From: Actinobacteria bacterium 69-20
Lineage (GTDB): Bacteria; Actinomycetota; Actinomycetes; Mycobacteriales; Nakamurellaceae
DNA length: 64,000 nucleotides
NCBI GenBank assembly: GCA_001897425.1
Contig: MKSW01000036.1
Span: 158,218-222,217, forward strand
Direction: 5' to 3'
Part shown: positions 9,181-20,897 of the stretch, one piece after another
Layout of the letters: each line of letters begins with the position of its first letter
Numbering within the stretch: the stretch's first letter is position 1
Translations under genes and position numbers: made by a program
The notes under the pieces: generated by a model
Seen by the model: the letters and a program-made list of their open reading frames with translations, nothing else
Databases searched by the model: none
Told to the model about the DNA's origin: nothing

Positions 9181-10323
9181 TTACCCGAGGCGTGCCATCG
9201 CGATGACGCCGAAATAGCCGACCGCGATCGCAAGCGCGCAGATTGCCACCGCCGCGAGAGTCAGCAGCACACGCCGCCGCCGCGGGGCGGCGATCGGCAG
9301 CGGCTTTAGGCTCGCGGCGGCGTCGGCGGCCCACGGTGGCGGTGGAAGGGAGGCTGGCAGGGAAGCACTGCCGGACGAGATCCGAGACGGTGAGTCGGCG
9401 TCCGCGGCTCCCCGAATCTCGCCAGCTGCCCGAGCCTCGCCGGGCTCCGAAGCAGCGCCGACGGAGCGCGCCGGATCGGCGACCCGCGGCGGCGCCGGCT
9501 GGAAGATGGCACCGTTCGCGACCTGGACCAGCAGCGCGTGCGCGTGCGGAATCGTCATGCGCTGCTTCGGGTCCTTGACCAGCAGACCCTCGATCACCGG
9601 AGCGACACGTCCCGCGTGCGGGTGCGGAGGAACAGGGTCCGACACCACCGCGGTGAGGGTAGCGATCGGCTCACCACGATCGAACGGCGGATGACCTTCG
9701 ACGATCGCGTAGAGCAACGCGCCGAGCCCCCAGGCATCGGCGGCAGGTGAGGCCGGTTCGCCCGACGCGACCTCCGGAGAGATGTACGCCGGCGAACCGA
9801 GCAGCATTCCGGTGGCGGTCAGCGTCTGCTCGCCGGCGCTGCGCGCGATACCGAAATCGGTGAGCTTGATCCGGCCGTCATCGGCGATCAACACGTTGGC
9901 GGGCTTCACATCTCGGTGCGTGATCCCCGCCGAGTGAGCGGCCAGCAGCCCGGCGGAGACCGCCTCGCCGATCGCGGCCGCGTCGGTATCCCCGAGCGGA
10001 CCGGTATCCTTCAGGATCTCCGCGAGCGACCGGGCGACGATCAACTCCATCACGATCACCGGGCCGGTGTCGGGGGTGAGGATGTCGAAAAGGGTCACTA
10101 CATGGGGATGTGACAGCGACGCGATCGCCCTGGCCTCGCGCAGGGTCCGGTCGGCCAGTTGTTCGGCCTCACTGGGCGGCATTCCGGCAGGGAGAGTGAC
10201 TTCCTTGATCGCTACCCTGCGGCGGAGAATCTCGTCATAGGCGTTCCAGACCGTTCCCATGGCACCGTGCCCGATCTCGGAATCGAGCCGGTAGCGTCCG
10301 GCGAGCATGCGCACCACGGTCAT
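9181..10323 (-). CDS. Hanks-type Ser/Thr protein kinase with a C-terminal TM helix and almost no extracellular part
   Basis: Motifs GHGAMG, VAIK, HRDVKPAN, DFG and GSPAYISPE. Hydrophobic C-terminus follows RRRR. Confidence 0.95.
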   Translation of the reverse strand: MTVVRMLAGRYRLDSEIGHGAMGTVWNAYDEILRRRVAIKEVTLPAGMPPSEAEQLADRTLREARAIASLSHPHVVTLFDILTPDTGPVIVMELIVARSLAEILKDTGPLGDTDAAAIGEAVSAGLLAAHSAGITHRDVKPANVLIADDGRIKLTDFGIARSAGEQTLTATGMLLGSPAYISPEVASGEPASPAADAWGLGALLYAIVEGHPPFDRGEPIATLTAVVSDPVPPHPHAGRVAPVIEGLLVKDPKQRMTIPHAHALLVQVANGAIFQPAPPRVADPARSVGAASEPGEARAAGEIRGAADADSPSRISSGSASLPASLPPPPWAADAAASLKPLPIAAPRRRRVLLTLAAVAICALAIAVGYFGVIAMARLG

Positions 10324-10365
10324 GATTCACCATTCTGGCAGGTCGGCGCCGTCGCCACCGGGAGG

Positions 10366-10599
10366 TCAGGGCACCGGATCGACGCGGATAAAGTTCATCC
10401 GATGCGCCGTCAGATAGTCGCGCAGGGTGTCGCGGTGGTCGTCGCACGCCGTCCAGATCTTCTCCCGGTCGGGCGTGTGGATCTTCGGGTTGTTCCACAC
10501 CACGGCCCAGTGCGCGAGCTGCCGGCATTTCTGCGCCGAGCAGATCACCTGCTCCGGATCGCTGCGGCCGGCGTTGTCGGGCGGGACGGCGTACGGCAT
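10366..10599 (-). CDS. Conserved small actinobacterial protein with Cys/His motif (putative Zn-binding)
   Basis: CSAQKC...WNNPKIHTPDREKIWTACDDH matches a family I recall as often mis-annotated as acetone carboxylase. Confidence 0.75.
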   Translation of the reverse strand: MPYAVPPDNAGRSDPEQVICSAQKCRQLAHWAVVWNNPKIHTPDREKIWTACDDHRDTLRDYLTAHRMNFIRVDPVP

Positions 10600-10612
10600 C
10601 GTGCGCGTCCCC

Positions 10613-11071
10613 CTATGCCGAAATCTCGGCGGGTTCCGGCTGCTGCCGGGTGGAGATCGCGAACCGGTTCCACACGTTGATGGTCGCTATCGCGACAATC
10701 AGTGCGGCCGTTTCCCTCTCGTCGAAATTGCGGCGCACCTCCGCCCACACCTCGTCCGGCACGCCGTCTTCCGAGATCAGCGTGACGGCTTCGGTCAGCG
10801 CCAGGGCGGCCCGTTCCCGGTCGCTGAACAGCTCGACCTCGCGCCAGGCCGGCAGCACGTCGAGACGCTGCTGCGACTCCCCGCCCTTGCGGGCATCGCG
10901 GTGATGCATGTTCAGGCAGAACGCGCATCCGTTGATCTGCGAGGCGCGGATCTTGACGAGTTCGTACAACGGCGCCTCGATAGGCCCGGTGCGGTTCGCC
11001 TTCTCCAGTCCGGTCACGGCGAGGTACCCCTCGGGGAAGGCCTCCTTCAACACCATGCGCTGTATGCCCAC
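10613..11071 (-). CDS. Carboxymuconolactone decarboxylase / AhpD-like protein
   Basis: Motifs ELVKIRASQINGCAFCLNMH and FSDRERAALALTEAVT. Confidence 0.92.
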   Translation of the reverse strand: MGIQRMVLKEAFPEGYLAVTGLEKANRTGPIEAPLYELVKIRASQINGCAFCLNMHHRDARKGGESQQRLDVLPAWREVELFSDRERAALALTEAVTLISEDGVPDEVWAEVRRNFDERETAALIVAIATINVWNRFAISTRQQPEPAEISA

Positions 11072-11244
11072 TGTCGATACCTCAGTTCCTTGTGCGCGAA
11101 CCGTGCTGCCCGTCGCGTGCCGACGTCGTCATATTCGGTTCTACTGCCCCGTCAAAGTCACATCAAGGCGGCGATCGGTGATCTTTCCGACCGGTAAGCT
11201 CAACGGTTGGCGGGCACCGACCAGCCTGCCGCGTAAGAGGTGAT

Positions 11245-11742
11245 GTGATGAATCCCGGAACCCGAGCGGCGGCGGCCATCACGGCTGGGCAGGTGATGAC
11301 CTCTCCGGTGGTGACGGTCGGCCCCGAGACGTCGGTGACGCAGATCGCCGAGATCCTCACCACGCGACGCTTTTCCGGAGTACCCGTCGTCGATGCCGCG
11401 GGCGCGGTGCTCGGCCTGGTGAGCGAACGCGACCTCCTTGCCCGCAGCGGGCGCACCGCGCGCGAAGTCATGACGACCTCCGTGATCAGCGTGACCACCG
11501 ACACCGATATCGCGCAGGTCCGCCGCATGCTGGTCGACGCCCCCATCCGGCGCTTGCCCGTGTTGCAGGCGGGTCGCCTCGTCGGAATCATCTCCCGTCA
11601 CGACCTCGTCGGCCGCATGGTGGAATGGGCTTGTGGTGTGTGCGGCGAAACCGTGCGCGGTGCGCAGCCGCCCATCGTGTGCCCGAAGTGCGGTGGAGGT
11701 TCGGACCGGTTCGTGCTACAGGAACAGCCGCCCGGACCGTGA
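11245..11742 (+). CDS. CBS-pair protein with a C-terminal rubredoxin-like CxxC..CxxC domain
   Basis: Two CBS repeats (VMTSPVVTV...FSGVPVVD...GLVSERDLL and VMTTSVISV...RRLPV...GIISRHDLV), then WACGVCGETVRGAQPPIVCPKCGG. Confidence 0.88.
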   Translation: MMNPGTRAAAAITAGQVMTSPVVTVGPETSVTQIAEILTTRRFSGVPVVDAAGAVLGLVSERDLLARSGRTAREVMTTSVISVTTDTDIAQVRRMLVDAPIRRLPVLQAGRLVGIISRHDLVGRMVEWACGVCGETVRGAQPPIVCPKCGGGSDRFVLQEQPPGP

Positions 11743-11807
11743 TCGGACGCCCGGCGGGCCATGGCCACAACACCATGGCCGCCGAGCACTATGGAGGAGC
11801 TAGCCAG

Positions 11808-13073
11808 ATGGCCGGACGAACACAAGGCCCCGCGCGCAGCCGCTCCGCTAGTGGCAATCCCACTCAGCGCAGTGCTGCGGCGGCAGGGGAGCCCGACGGT
11901 GTAGCGAAGCGCACCTCGTCCCGGCCCAGACCGGCAGTCGCAGCGAACGGAAAGACGGCCGGCAAGTCCGCCGAGAAGCCGGCCGGACCATCGAAGTCGC
12001 CGGTGCGCGCCACCGCGGCCGCGTCAGATTCCGACGGCGCGATCCTCGTCAAGTACTACCGCGAGATGACGCTGATCCGGGAGTTCGAACTCAAGGCCGG
12101 CGAGATGTACACCCGGGCGAAGATCGGCGGCTACTGCCACCTCAACCTCGGCGAGGAGCCGACGGTCGTCGGGCTGATGGCTGCGCTGCGGCCCACCGAC
12201 TACCTGTTCACCAACTACCGCGAGCACGGCTACGCGCTCTCCCGCGGCATGGACACCGGCCGGGTGATGGCGGAACTCTTCGGCAGGGCCGACGGCGTCT
12301 CCGGCGGCCGTGGCGGCTCCATGCACCTGTTCGACGCGGAGAAGCGATTCCTCGGCGGATACGGCATCGTCGGCGGGCAGATCCCGCCGGCCACCGGGGC
12401 AGCGCTGGCGCTGACCTACCGCGGGGCGGCCGGCCCCGACGCCGAGGCCGTCATGTGCCAGATGGGCGACGGGACGACGAATATCGGCGCATTCCACGAG
12501 TCGCTCAACATCGCGGCCATCTGGAAGCTGCCGATCGTCTACGTGATCATCAACAACGGTCTCGGCATGGCCACCACGGTCGACCATGCCGCGGGCGAGC
12601 CGGACCTCTACAAGCGGGGATGCTCCTACCGGATCGAGGGCAAACGCATCGACGGCGACGATCCGGTGGTGGTGCGCGACGCGGCCGCCGAGATGCTGCG
12701 ACGCGCCCGGGAGGAACGCAAACCCGGTCTGCTGGAAGTGATGTCGCATCGGCTGCGCGGCCACTCGGTGGTCGACCCGGCGCGGTACCGCAGTCGCGAG
12801 GAGACGGAGCGGCTCCGCTCGCTCGACCCGCTGCCGGCCTTTCGCGCCAAGCTGGTGGCGCAGGGCGTCATGACGGACCACGACGCGGTCCGGATCGAAT
12901 CGGAATCGATCCACGAGGTCGATCGCGCCGTCGAATTCGCGGACGGCAGCCCGGAGCCGTCGCCGCAGGAGCTCTTCCGCTTCACCTACGCCAGTTCGGT
13001 GGCGAACACGTCCACACTGATGCCCGGTGATCCGATCCTGCCGGTCGGCTGGGACCAGGAGGGATCTCGCTGA
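11808..13073 (+). CDS. pdhA: Pyruvate dehydrogenase E1 alpha subunit
   Basis: Motifs IGGYCHLNLGEE, TNYREHG, GGSMHLF, GDGTTNIGAFHESLN (TPP-binding) and RLRGHSVVDP. GGAGG RBS before ATG 11808. Confidence 0.92.
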   Translation: MAGRTQGPARSRSASGNPTQRSAAAAGEPDGVAKRTSSRPRPAVAANGKTAGKSAEKPAGPSKSPVRATAAASDSDGAILVKYYREMTLIREFELKAGEMYTRAKIGGYCHLNLGEEPTVVGLMAALRPTDYLFTNYREHGYALSRGMDTGRVMAELFGRADGVSGGRGGSMHLFDAEKRFLGGYGIVGGQIPPATGAALALTYRGAAGPDAEAVMCQMGDGTTNIGAFHESLNIAAIWKLPIVYVIINNGLGMATTVDHAAGEPDLYKRGCSYRIEGKRIDGDDPVVVRDAAAEMLRRAREERKPGLLEVMSHRLRGHSVVDPARYRSREETERLRSLDPLPAFRAKLVAQGVMTDHDAVRIESESIHEVDRAVEFADGSPEPSPQELFRFTYASSVANTSTLMPGDPILPVGWDQEGSR

Positions 13074-14113
13074 TGAGCGCGCCTACGAAGAAGGCGGAGT
13101 CGCGGTCTGCCGACGGTGCCGCGCCGGTGATCACCTATCGGCAGGCGCTGCACGATGCGTTGCGCGCCGAGATGCGGCGCGACGAGTCGGTGATCCTGCT
13201 CGGCGAGGAGATCGGCATCTTCGAGGGGTCCTACAAGATCACCGCCGGGCTGTTGGACGAGTTCGGCCCCGAACGGGTCCGCGATACGCCGATCGCCGAG
13301 GAAGGTTTCGTCGGTGCGGCCATCGGGGCCGCCATGCTCGGTATGCGGCCCGTCGTCGAGATCATGACGATCAACTTCTCGCTGCTGGCGATCGACCAGA
13401 TCGTGAACCACGCCGCGAAGATCTACGGCATGTTCGGCGGGCAGACCTCCGTTCCGATGGTGATCCGGACCCCGGGTGGCGGTGGGCAGCAACTGGCCGC
13501 CACCCACTCGCAGAACCTCGAGGTCTGGTACGCGCACGTGCCGGGGCTCAAGGTGCTGGCGCCGTCCACGCCGGCCGATGCCAAGGCCATGCTCATCGCG
13601 GCGATCCGGGACGACGACCCGGTGCTCCTGCTGGAGAACCTGTCCCTCTACAACACCAAGGGGCCCGTCCCCGAGGCAGAGCACGTCGCCGAGATCGGAC
13701 GGGCCCAGATCACCGTGCCCGGAACGGATCTCACCGTCGTGGGCTATTCCCGGTCGGCGGCGATCGCGCGCGATGTCGCGCACCGGTTCGCCGATAAGGG
13801 CGTGTCCATTGAGGTCGTCGACCTGGCGAGCCTGCGCCCGCTCGACCGCGAGACCATCTGTGCGTCCGTGAAGAAGACGGGCAAGGCCGTCATCCTCGAA
13901 GACGACTGGCTCACCTACGGAATCGGCGCGGAGATCGCCGCGACCATCGCCGAGGGGGCGTTCGACTACCTCGACGCACCGGTGCGCCGGGTGGCTGCGG
14001 CCGAAGTGCCCTTGCCGTATGCGAAATCACTGGAGCGGATCGCGTTACCCGATGCGGACGCCCTGATCCGGGTGATCAACGAACAGCTGGATGCGACCCG
14101 GTTCGCGCGATAA
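13073..14113 (+). CDS. pdhB: Pyruvate dehydrogenase E1 beta subunit
   Basis: Motifs DTPIAEEGFVG, EIMTINFSLLAIDQIVN, AATHSQ and LRPLD. Coupled to the pdhA stop. Confidence 0.93.
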   Translation: MSAPTKKAESRSADGAAPVITYRQALHDALRAEMRRDESVILLGEEIGIFEGSYKITAGLLDEFGPERVRDTPIAEEGFVGAAIGAAMLGMRPVVEIMTINFSLLAIDQIVNHAAKIYGMFGGQTSVPMVIRTPGGGGQQLAATHSQNLEVWYAHVPGLKVLAPSTPADAKAMLIAAIRDDDPVLLLENLSLYNTKGPVPEAEHVAEIGRAQITVPGTDLTVVGYSRSAAIARDVAHRFADKGVSIEVVDLASLRPLDRETICASVKKTGKAVILEDDWLTYGIGAEIAATIAEGAFDYLDAPVRRVAAAEVPLPYAKSLERIALPDADALIRVINEQLDATRFAR

Positions 14114-14131
14114 GGAAGGCGTTAAGACCCC

Positions 14132-15580
14132 ATGCCTGACGTATTCATGCCTCGCCTGTCGGACACGATGGAAGAGGGCACCATCGCGCAGTGGCTGGTT
14201 GCCGAAGGGGCGACGGTCGAGCGCGGCACGGTGATCGCCGAGATCGAGACCGACAAGGCCGTCATGGATCTCGAGGCCTACGACGGCGGTGTACTGGAGA
14301 AGATCCTGGTCCAGGTCGGCGAGACCGTCCCGATCGGCGAGAAGATCGCGATCATCGGCGACGGGTCGGGATCGTCCGGTGCCGGTGCCAACGGCAGCGC
14401 ACCCGCCGCTGAATCCGGCGGAGATGACGACGTTCGCGGCTCCGCCGACGAGCAGCAGACCGAACAGGAAACCGAACGGGAAACCGGGCAGGAAGCCGCG
14501 GGGGAGGCCGACCAGGAGGGCGGTGCCGAGGAAAAGGCCGAGGAAGAGGCCGGGGGCGAATCCGGCGAGGACGAATCCGTCGAGGACGCGGCCCCCGCTC
14601 CGTCTCCGCAGGGACAGCCACCGGCCGAGCCCGAGACGGCGTCGGATCACCCGCTCAAGGCCTCGCCGGTGGTGCGGTCGTTGGCCCGGCAGCACAACAT
14701 CGACCTCGGCACGGTCACCGGCACAGGCCCTGGCGGACGCATCATCCGGGCCGACGTCGAGGGGCTGATCGCTGCTGGGCCGGCTGCCGCCGGCGAGCCG
14801 GCGCGAGCGACGTCATCCGAGAAGCAGGCCCCGGCGAAACCGGCGGCTGCGCCGGGAGCCCCGACAGTGTCCGCAGCGCCGTCCACGTCCGGTGCGGAAG
14901 ACGTGCGGGTCCCGCTCTCGCGTATTCGCAAGATCACCGCTGCGCGGTTGTCGGAGGCCGCGCTGGTGCCGGCCTTCCAACTGACGACCGTGCTCGACGC
15001 GACGAAGCTCGGCGAGCTCCGGGCCGAGATCAACGCGCACCTCGGCGACTCCGGCGTGAAGATCTCCGTGACGGACCTGTTGGTGCGCGCGGCCGCGATC
15101 ACCCTGCGGGCCCACCCGGAGGCCAACGCCGCGTTCGACGGCGACGCCATCATCCGTCGCGGCCATGTCAACGTCGGTGTCGCGGTGGCTCTCGACGACG
15201 GGTTGATCGTGCCGGTCATCAAGGACGCCGACCAGAAGTCGGTCAGTGAGATCAGCGCCGAGGCAAAGGATCTCGCGAAGCGGGCGCGCACCGGGAAGCT
15301 CATGCCCGACGAGTTCACCGGCGGTACCTTCACCATCTCGAACCTGGGCATGTTCGGCATCGACTCGTTCACCGCGGTATTGAACCCGCCGGAGGCGGCG
15401 ATCCTGGCCGTGGGTGCGACGGTGGACGAGCCGGTGGTAGAGGGCGGCGAGGTCGTCGTGCGCGCACGGACCCGGCTCACGTTGACCGTGGACCACCGCG
15501 TGCTCGACGGTGCGATGGGCGCGGCGTTCCTGCGCGACCTGACGGATCTGCTCGCAAAGCCGCTGCGCATCCTGGTGTAG
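14132..15580 (+). CDS. pdhC: Dihydrolipoamide acetyltransferase E2 (single lipoyl domain)
   Basis: MPRLSDTMEEG...ETDKA lipoyl site, ASPVVRSLA E3-binding domain, TFTISNLGM and DHRVLDG. Long acidic linker. Confidence 0.93.
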   Translation: MPDVFMPRLSDTMEEGTIAQWLVAEGATVERGTVIAEIETDKAVMDLEAYDGGVLEKILVQVGETVPIGEKIAIIGDGSGSSGAGANGSAPAAESGGDDDVRGSADEQQTEQETERETGQEAAGEADQEGGAEEKAEEEAGGESGEDESVEDAAPAPSPQGQPPAEPETASDHPLKASPVVRSLARQHNIDLGTVTGTGPGGRIIRADVEGLIAAGPAAAGEPARATSSEKQAPAKPAAAPGAPTVSAAPSTSGAEDVRVPLSRIRKITAARLSEAALVPAFQLTTVLDATKLGELRAEINAHLGDSGVKISVTDLLVRAAAITLRAHPEANAAFDGDAIIRRGHVNVGVAVALDDGLIVPVIKDADQKSVSEISAEAKDLAKRARTGKLMPDEFTGGTFTISNLGMFGIDSFTAVLNPPEAAILAVGATVDEPVVEGGEVVVRARTRLTLTVDHRVLDGAMGAAFLRDLTDLLAKPLRILV

Positions 15581-15688
15581 TTGCCGCGGGCGGCGCCCGG
15601 CGCGTCGGGACGTACGATGCGAATCGCGTCGCGGCACGGTGCGTGCGGTACTGGCGAGCGGTCGCGCGCGCCTCGAGGACGGATACAG

Positions 15689-16228
15689 GTGAGTACGGAA
15701 ACTGGTGCGCCGGCAGTGCTTTTTGGTCGTGATGGCGTTAACGCTGGTCACCGTGCGTGGCTCATGCCGTATCTGTTCGCGGGTGCCGTGTGCATCATCG
15801 GCGGTGGCGTGCTCGCCGCGGCGACCGCATATGCCTCGACCGAGAAGACGGCGTGGGCGACCGCATACCTGGTGCTCGTCGGCGGTGTGGCGCAGGTGTT
15901 CCTCGGAGCCGCGGTCAGCTGGCTCACCCCGAAGGCGCCGGCCCGGAACGCGTGGCTGGCCTGGGCGGGCTGGAACATCGGCAACGCGGGAGTGCTCACC
16001 GGACAGCTCACCGCGCTGATCGCGCTCACCGACGTGGGGACCGCGCTCCTCGTAGCGTCGCTGGTGCTGGTCCTGGCGAGCGGGCACGGTGTCGGTAGCG
16101 GGCTGCGCGCCGCCGCGGCGACCACGCACCGATTGCGCCCGCGCATGTTGCTGGCATTCCGGATCGTGGTCGTGCTGCTGGCCGTGAGCATGGTGGTCGG
16201 CGTCATCCTCGCCCACGTCGGTGCGTAG
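15689..16228 (+). CDS. Hypothetical integral membrane protein (about 5 TM)
   Basis: Successive hydrophobic helices, including TAWATAYLVLVGGVAQ and WNIGNAGVL. GTG start inferred. Confidence 0.7.
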   Translation: MSTETGAPAVLFGRDGVNAGHRAWLMPYLFAGAVCIIGGGVLAAATAYASTEKTAWATAYLVLVGGVAQVFLGAAVSWLTPKAPARNAWLAWAGWNIGNAGVLTGQLTALIALTDVGTALLVASLVLVLASGHGVGSGLRAAAATTHRLRPRMLLAFRIVVVLLAVSMVVGVILAHVGA

Positions 16229-16280
16229 CCGAGTGTGGATAGCTCCGTGAGTTGAACACTGCCGCCGCTATAGTCGGTCC

Positions 16281-16754
16281 ATGACCCAGCCCGATCTGGA
16301 ACGTCAGGTCCGTCGACACGGCGGCGATATCGACGCTCTCTACGAGTTGGTCGCTGATGTGGACCAGAAGGTCGACGCCCTGTCGGAGAAGATGGATCGC
16401 CGGTTCGACACGGTCGATCGGCGGTTCGACGCGATGGATGAGCGGCTCGACGTCATGGGAGGTCGACTGGTCGGTATGGACCGACGGCTGGACGAGTCCG
16501 GCGCGAGGCTGGGCACGATCGACGGCTGGCTCAACACGATCGAGGGTCGCCTACACACCATTGACCACAGGTTCGACTCGGTCGACGTTCGACTGGTCGA
16601 GATGCAAGAAGTATTCGGCAGCACAGGCGAACGATTGGCAGTAATCAATGGCCGACTTGCCGACATGGACGCCCGGTTCGAGGCGATCGACAGCCGCTTT
16701 GAGGCCTTAGGCGGGCAGCTGGTCGAGATCCTGCGTCGACTCGACGCCAGATAG
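16281..16754 (+). CDS. Heptad-repeat coiled-coil protein
   Basis: Many 7-aa units of type xDxR(F/L)xx. TATAGT at 16269-16274 lies 6 nt before the ATG, suggesting a leaderless start. Confidence 0.75.
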   Translation: MTQPDLERQVRRHGGDIDALYELVADVDQKVDALSEKMDRRFDTVDRRFDAMDERLDVMGGRLVGMDRRLDESGARLGTIDGWLNTIEGRLHTIDHRFDSVDVRLVEMQEVFGSTGERLAVINGRLADMDARFEAIDSRFEALGGQLVEILRRLDAR

Positions 16755-16771
16755 GCCCGTCACAAAGCAAA

Positions 16772-16820
16772 GAACCGCTCGGCCCCCGGAGAACCTGTCC
16801 CCGAGGGCCGAGCGGCGTTC
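16772..16820. terminator. Hairpin between convergent genes (probable bidirectional terminator)
   Basis: CCGCTCGGCCC (16775-16785) pairs with GGGCCGAGCGG (16805-16815), flanked by GAAC and GTTC. Confidence 0.6.
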
Positions 16821-16842
16821 GCACTGCCAGGATGACCGCGGG

Positions 16843-19701
<2,859 letters not shown>

Positions 19702-19861
19702 GGTGCCTCCCGGCCGGGCTCGTCGACGTGCGCGGTACGGCGGCCCGGCGACACGCCCCTCGAAACTCCTCGGGACGGGGTCGGAGCTGGTACTCGGACG
19801 CACACATATCCAGCTCTATGCTGCCCTGTGCCGCTGTCCGGGGCTACTTCGGGGCTGCCGC

Positions 19862-19877
19862 CGTGATCTTCGTGACA
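19862..19877. promoter_or_regulatory. CRP/GlxR-like site in the acnA-cutR divergent region
   Basis: CGTGA-TCTTCG-TGACA gives 8/10 matches to TGTGA-N6-TCACA. Confidence 0.45.
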
Positions 19878-19934
19878 CGCCGGCATCCGGCATGATGAGC
19901 GCAACAGGGCGCTAGCGGCGAAAAGAGGCGGACC

Positions 19935-20897
19935 GTGACCCCGACACAGCTCAGGGCGTTCGCGGCCGTCGTCCGCCTCGGATCGGTGAAAAAAGCAGCC
20001 GCCGAACTCGCCGTCAGCGAGGCTGCCGTGTCACTGCACATCGGCCAGCTCCGCAAGGAACTCGGCGACGCGCTGTACACCCGCACCGGTTCCGGCTTGG
20101 CCTTCACTCCCGGTGGCTTGCGGCTCGCCAGTCGCGCGGCCGAACTGCTCGGTCTACAGGATCGGACCATCCTCGAGGTCAGCCAGGCCGGCCACGGCCG
20201 CCGACTGCTGCGGATCGCCTCCTCCAGCTTGTTCGCCGAATATGCTGCACCCGGGCTCATCCAGCTGTTCGCGGGCCGCGCGGCCGATCTCGATGTCGAG
20301 ATGAGCCTGCACGATCCGCGGGATTTCGCGGCCCTGTTACGCAATCGCACGGTCGATGTTGCCATCGGCCCTGAGCTGCCGAGCGCGGGCGGCGCCGATG
20401 CCATCGCCGTACGCCCGTTCCTCAAGTACGAGATCGTCGCCGTCATCGGTCCCACGCAATCGCTCGCGCACACCAGCCCCGGCATCGCCGAGTTGCGCCG
20501 GCAGACGTGGCTGCTCGGCCCGTCGGGTGCGGGGTCGGTCGGCCTCGTCCCGCGGGTCATCCGACGGATCGGTATCCCGGACGCGAACCAGCAGATCTTC
20601 CAGAGCCAGTCCGCCGCGGTCGAACAGGCCAAGCGCGGTCGCGGCGTGTGCTTGGCGCTCGCCTGGGCCGTTACCGCCGACCTTGCCGCCGGCGATCTGC
20701 TCCGCATACCGGGGCCGACCGTGCGCGCGGAAGGGTCGTGGAGCATCGGCACGTTGGCCGGGGACGCCGCGCCGCCGGCCGCCGCGGAGCTCGTGCGGTT
20801 CATCATCACCCCGCGCGCGATCCAGGCCATGCTGCGCGGCTCCGGTGCGGCGGTGGGCCGGTTCCGTCCGTCCATCCACGTCACGCTGTGGAGCTGA
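19935..20897 (+). CDS. cutR: LysR-family regulator of CO dehydrogenase clusters (CutR / Rv0377-like)
   Basis: HTH MTPTQLRAFAAVVRLGSV. GLAFTPGGLRLASRA and the C-terminal RFRPSIHVTLWS match my recall of mycobacterial Rv0377/CutR. Confidence 0.8.
   Translation: MTPTQLRAFAAVVRLGSVKKAAAELAVSEAAVSLHIGQLRKELGDALYTRTGSGLAFTPGGLRLASRAAELLGLQDRTILEVSQAGHGRRLLRIASSSLFAEYAAPGLIQLFAGRAADLDVEMSLHDPRDFAALLRNRTVDVAIGPELPSAGGADAIAVRPFLKYEIVAVIGPTQSLAHTSPGIAELRRQTWLLGPSGAGSVGLVPRVIRRIGIPDANQQIFQSQSAAVEQAKRGRGVCLALAWAVTADLAAGDLLRIPGPTVRAEGSWSIGTLAGDAAPPAAAELVRFIITPRAIQAMLRGSGAAVGRFRPSIHVTLWS

Noticed and set aside
11072-11244. DosR, Rex or ECF41 motifs between the AhpD-like and CBS genes
   Set aside because: Only half-site matches (e.g. 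AAAGTCACA), which are not distinguishable from chance.
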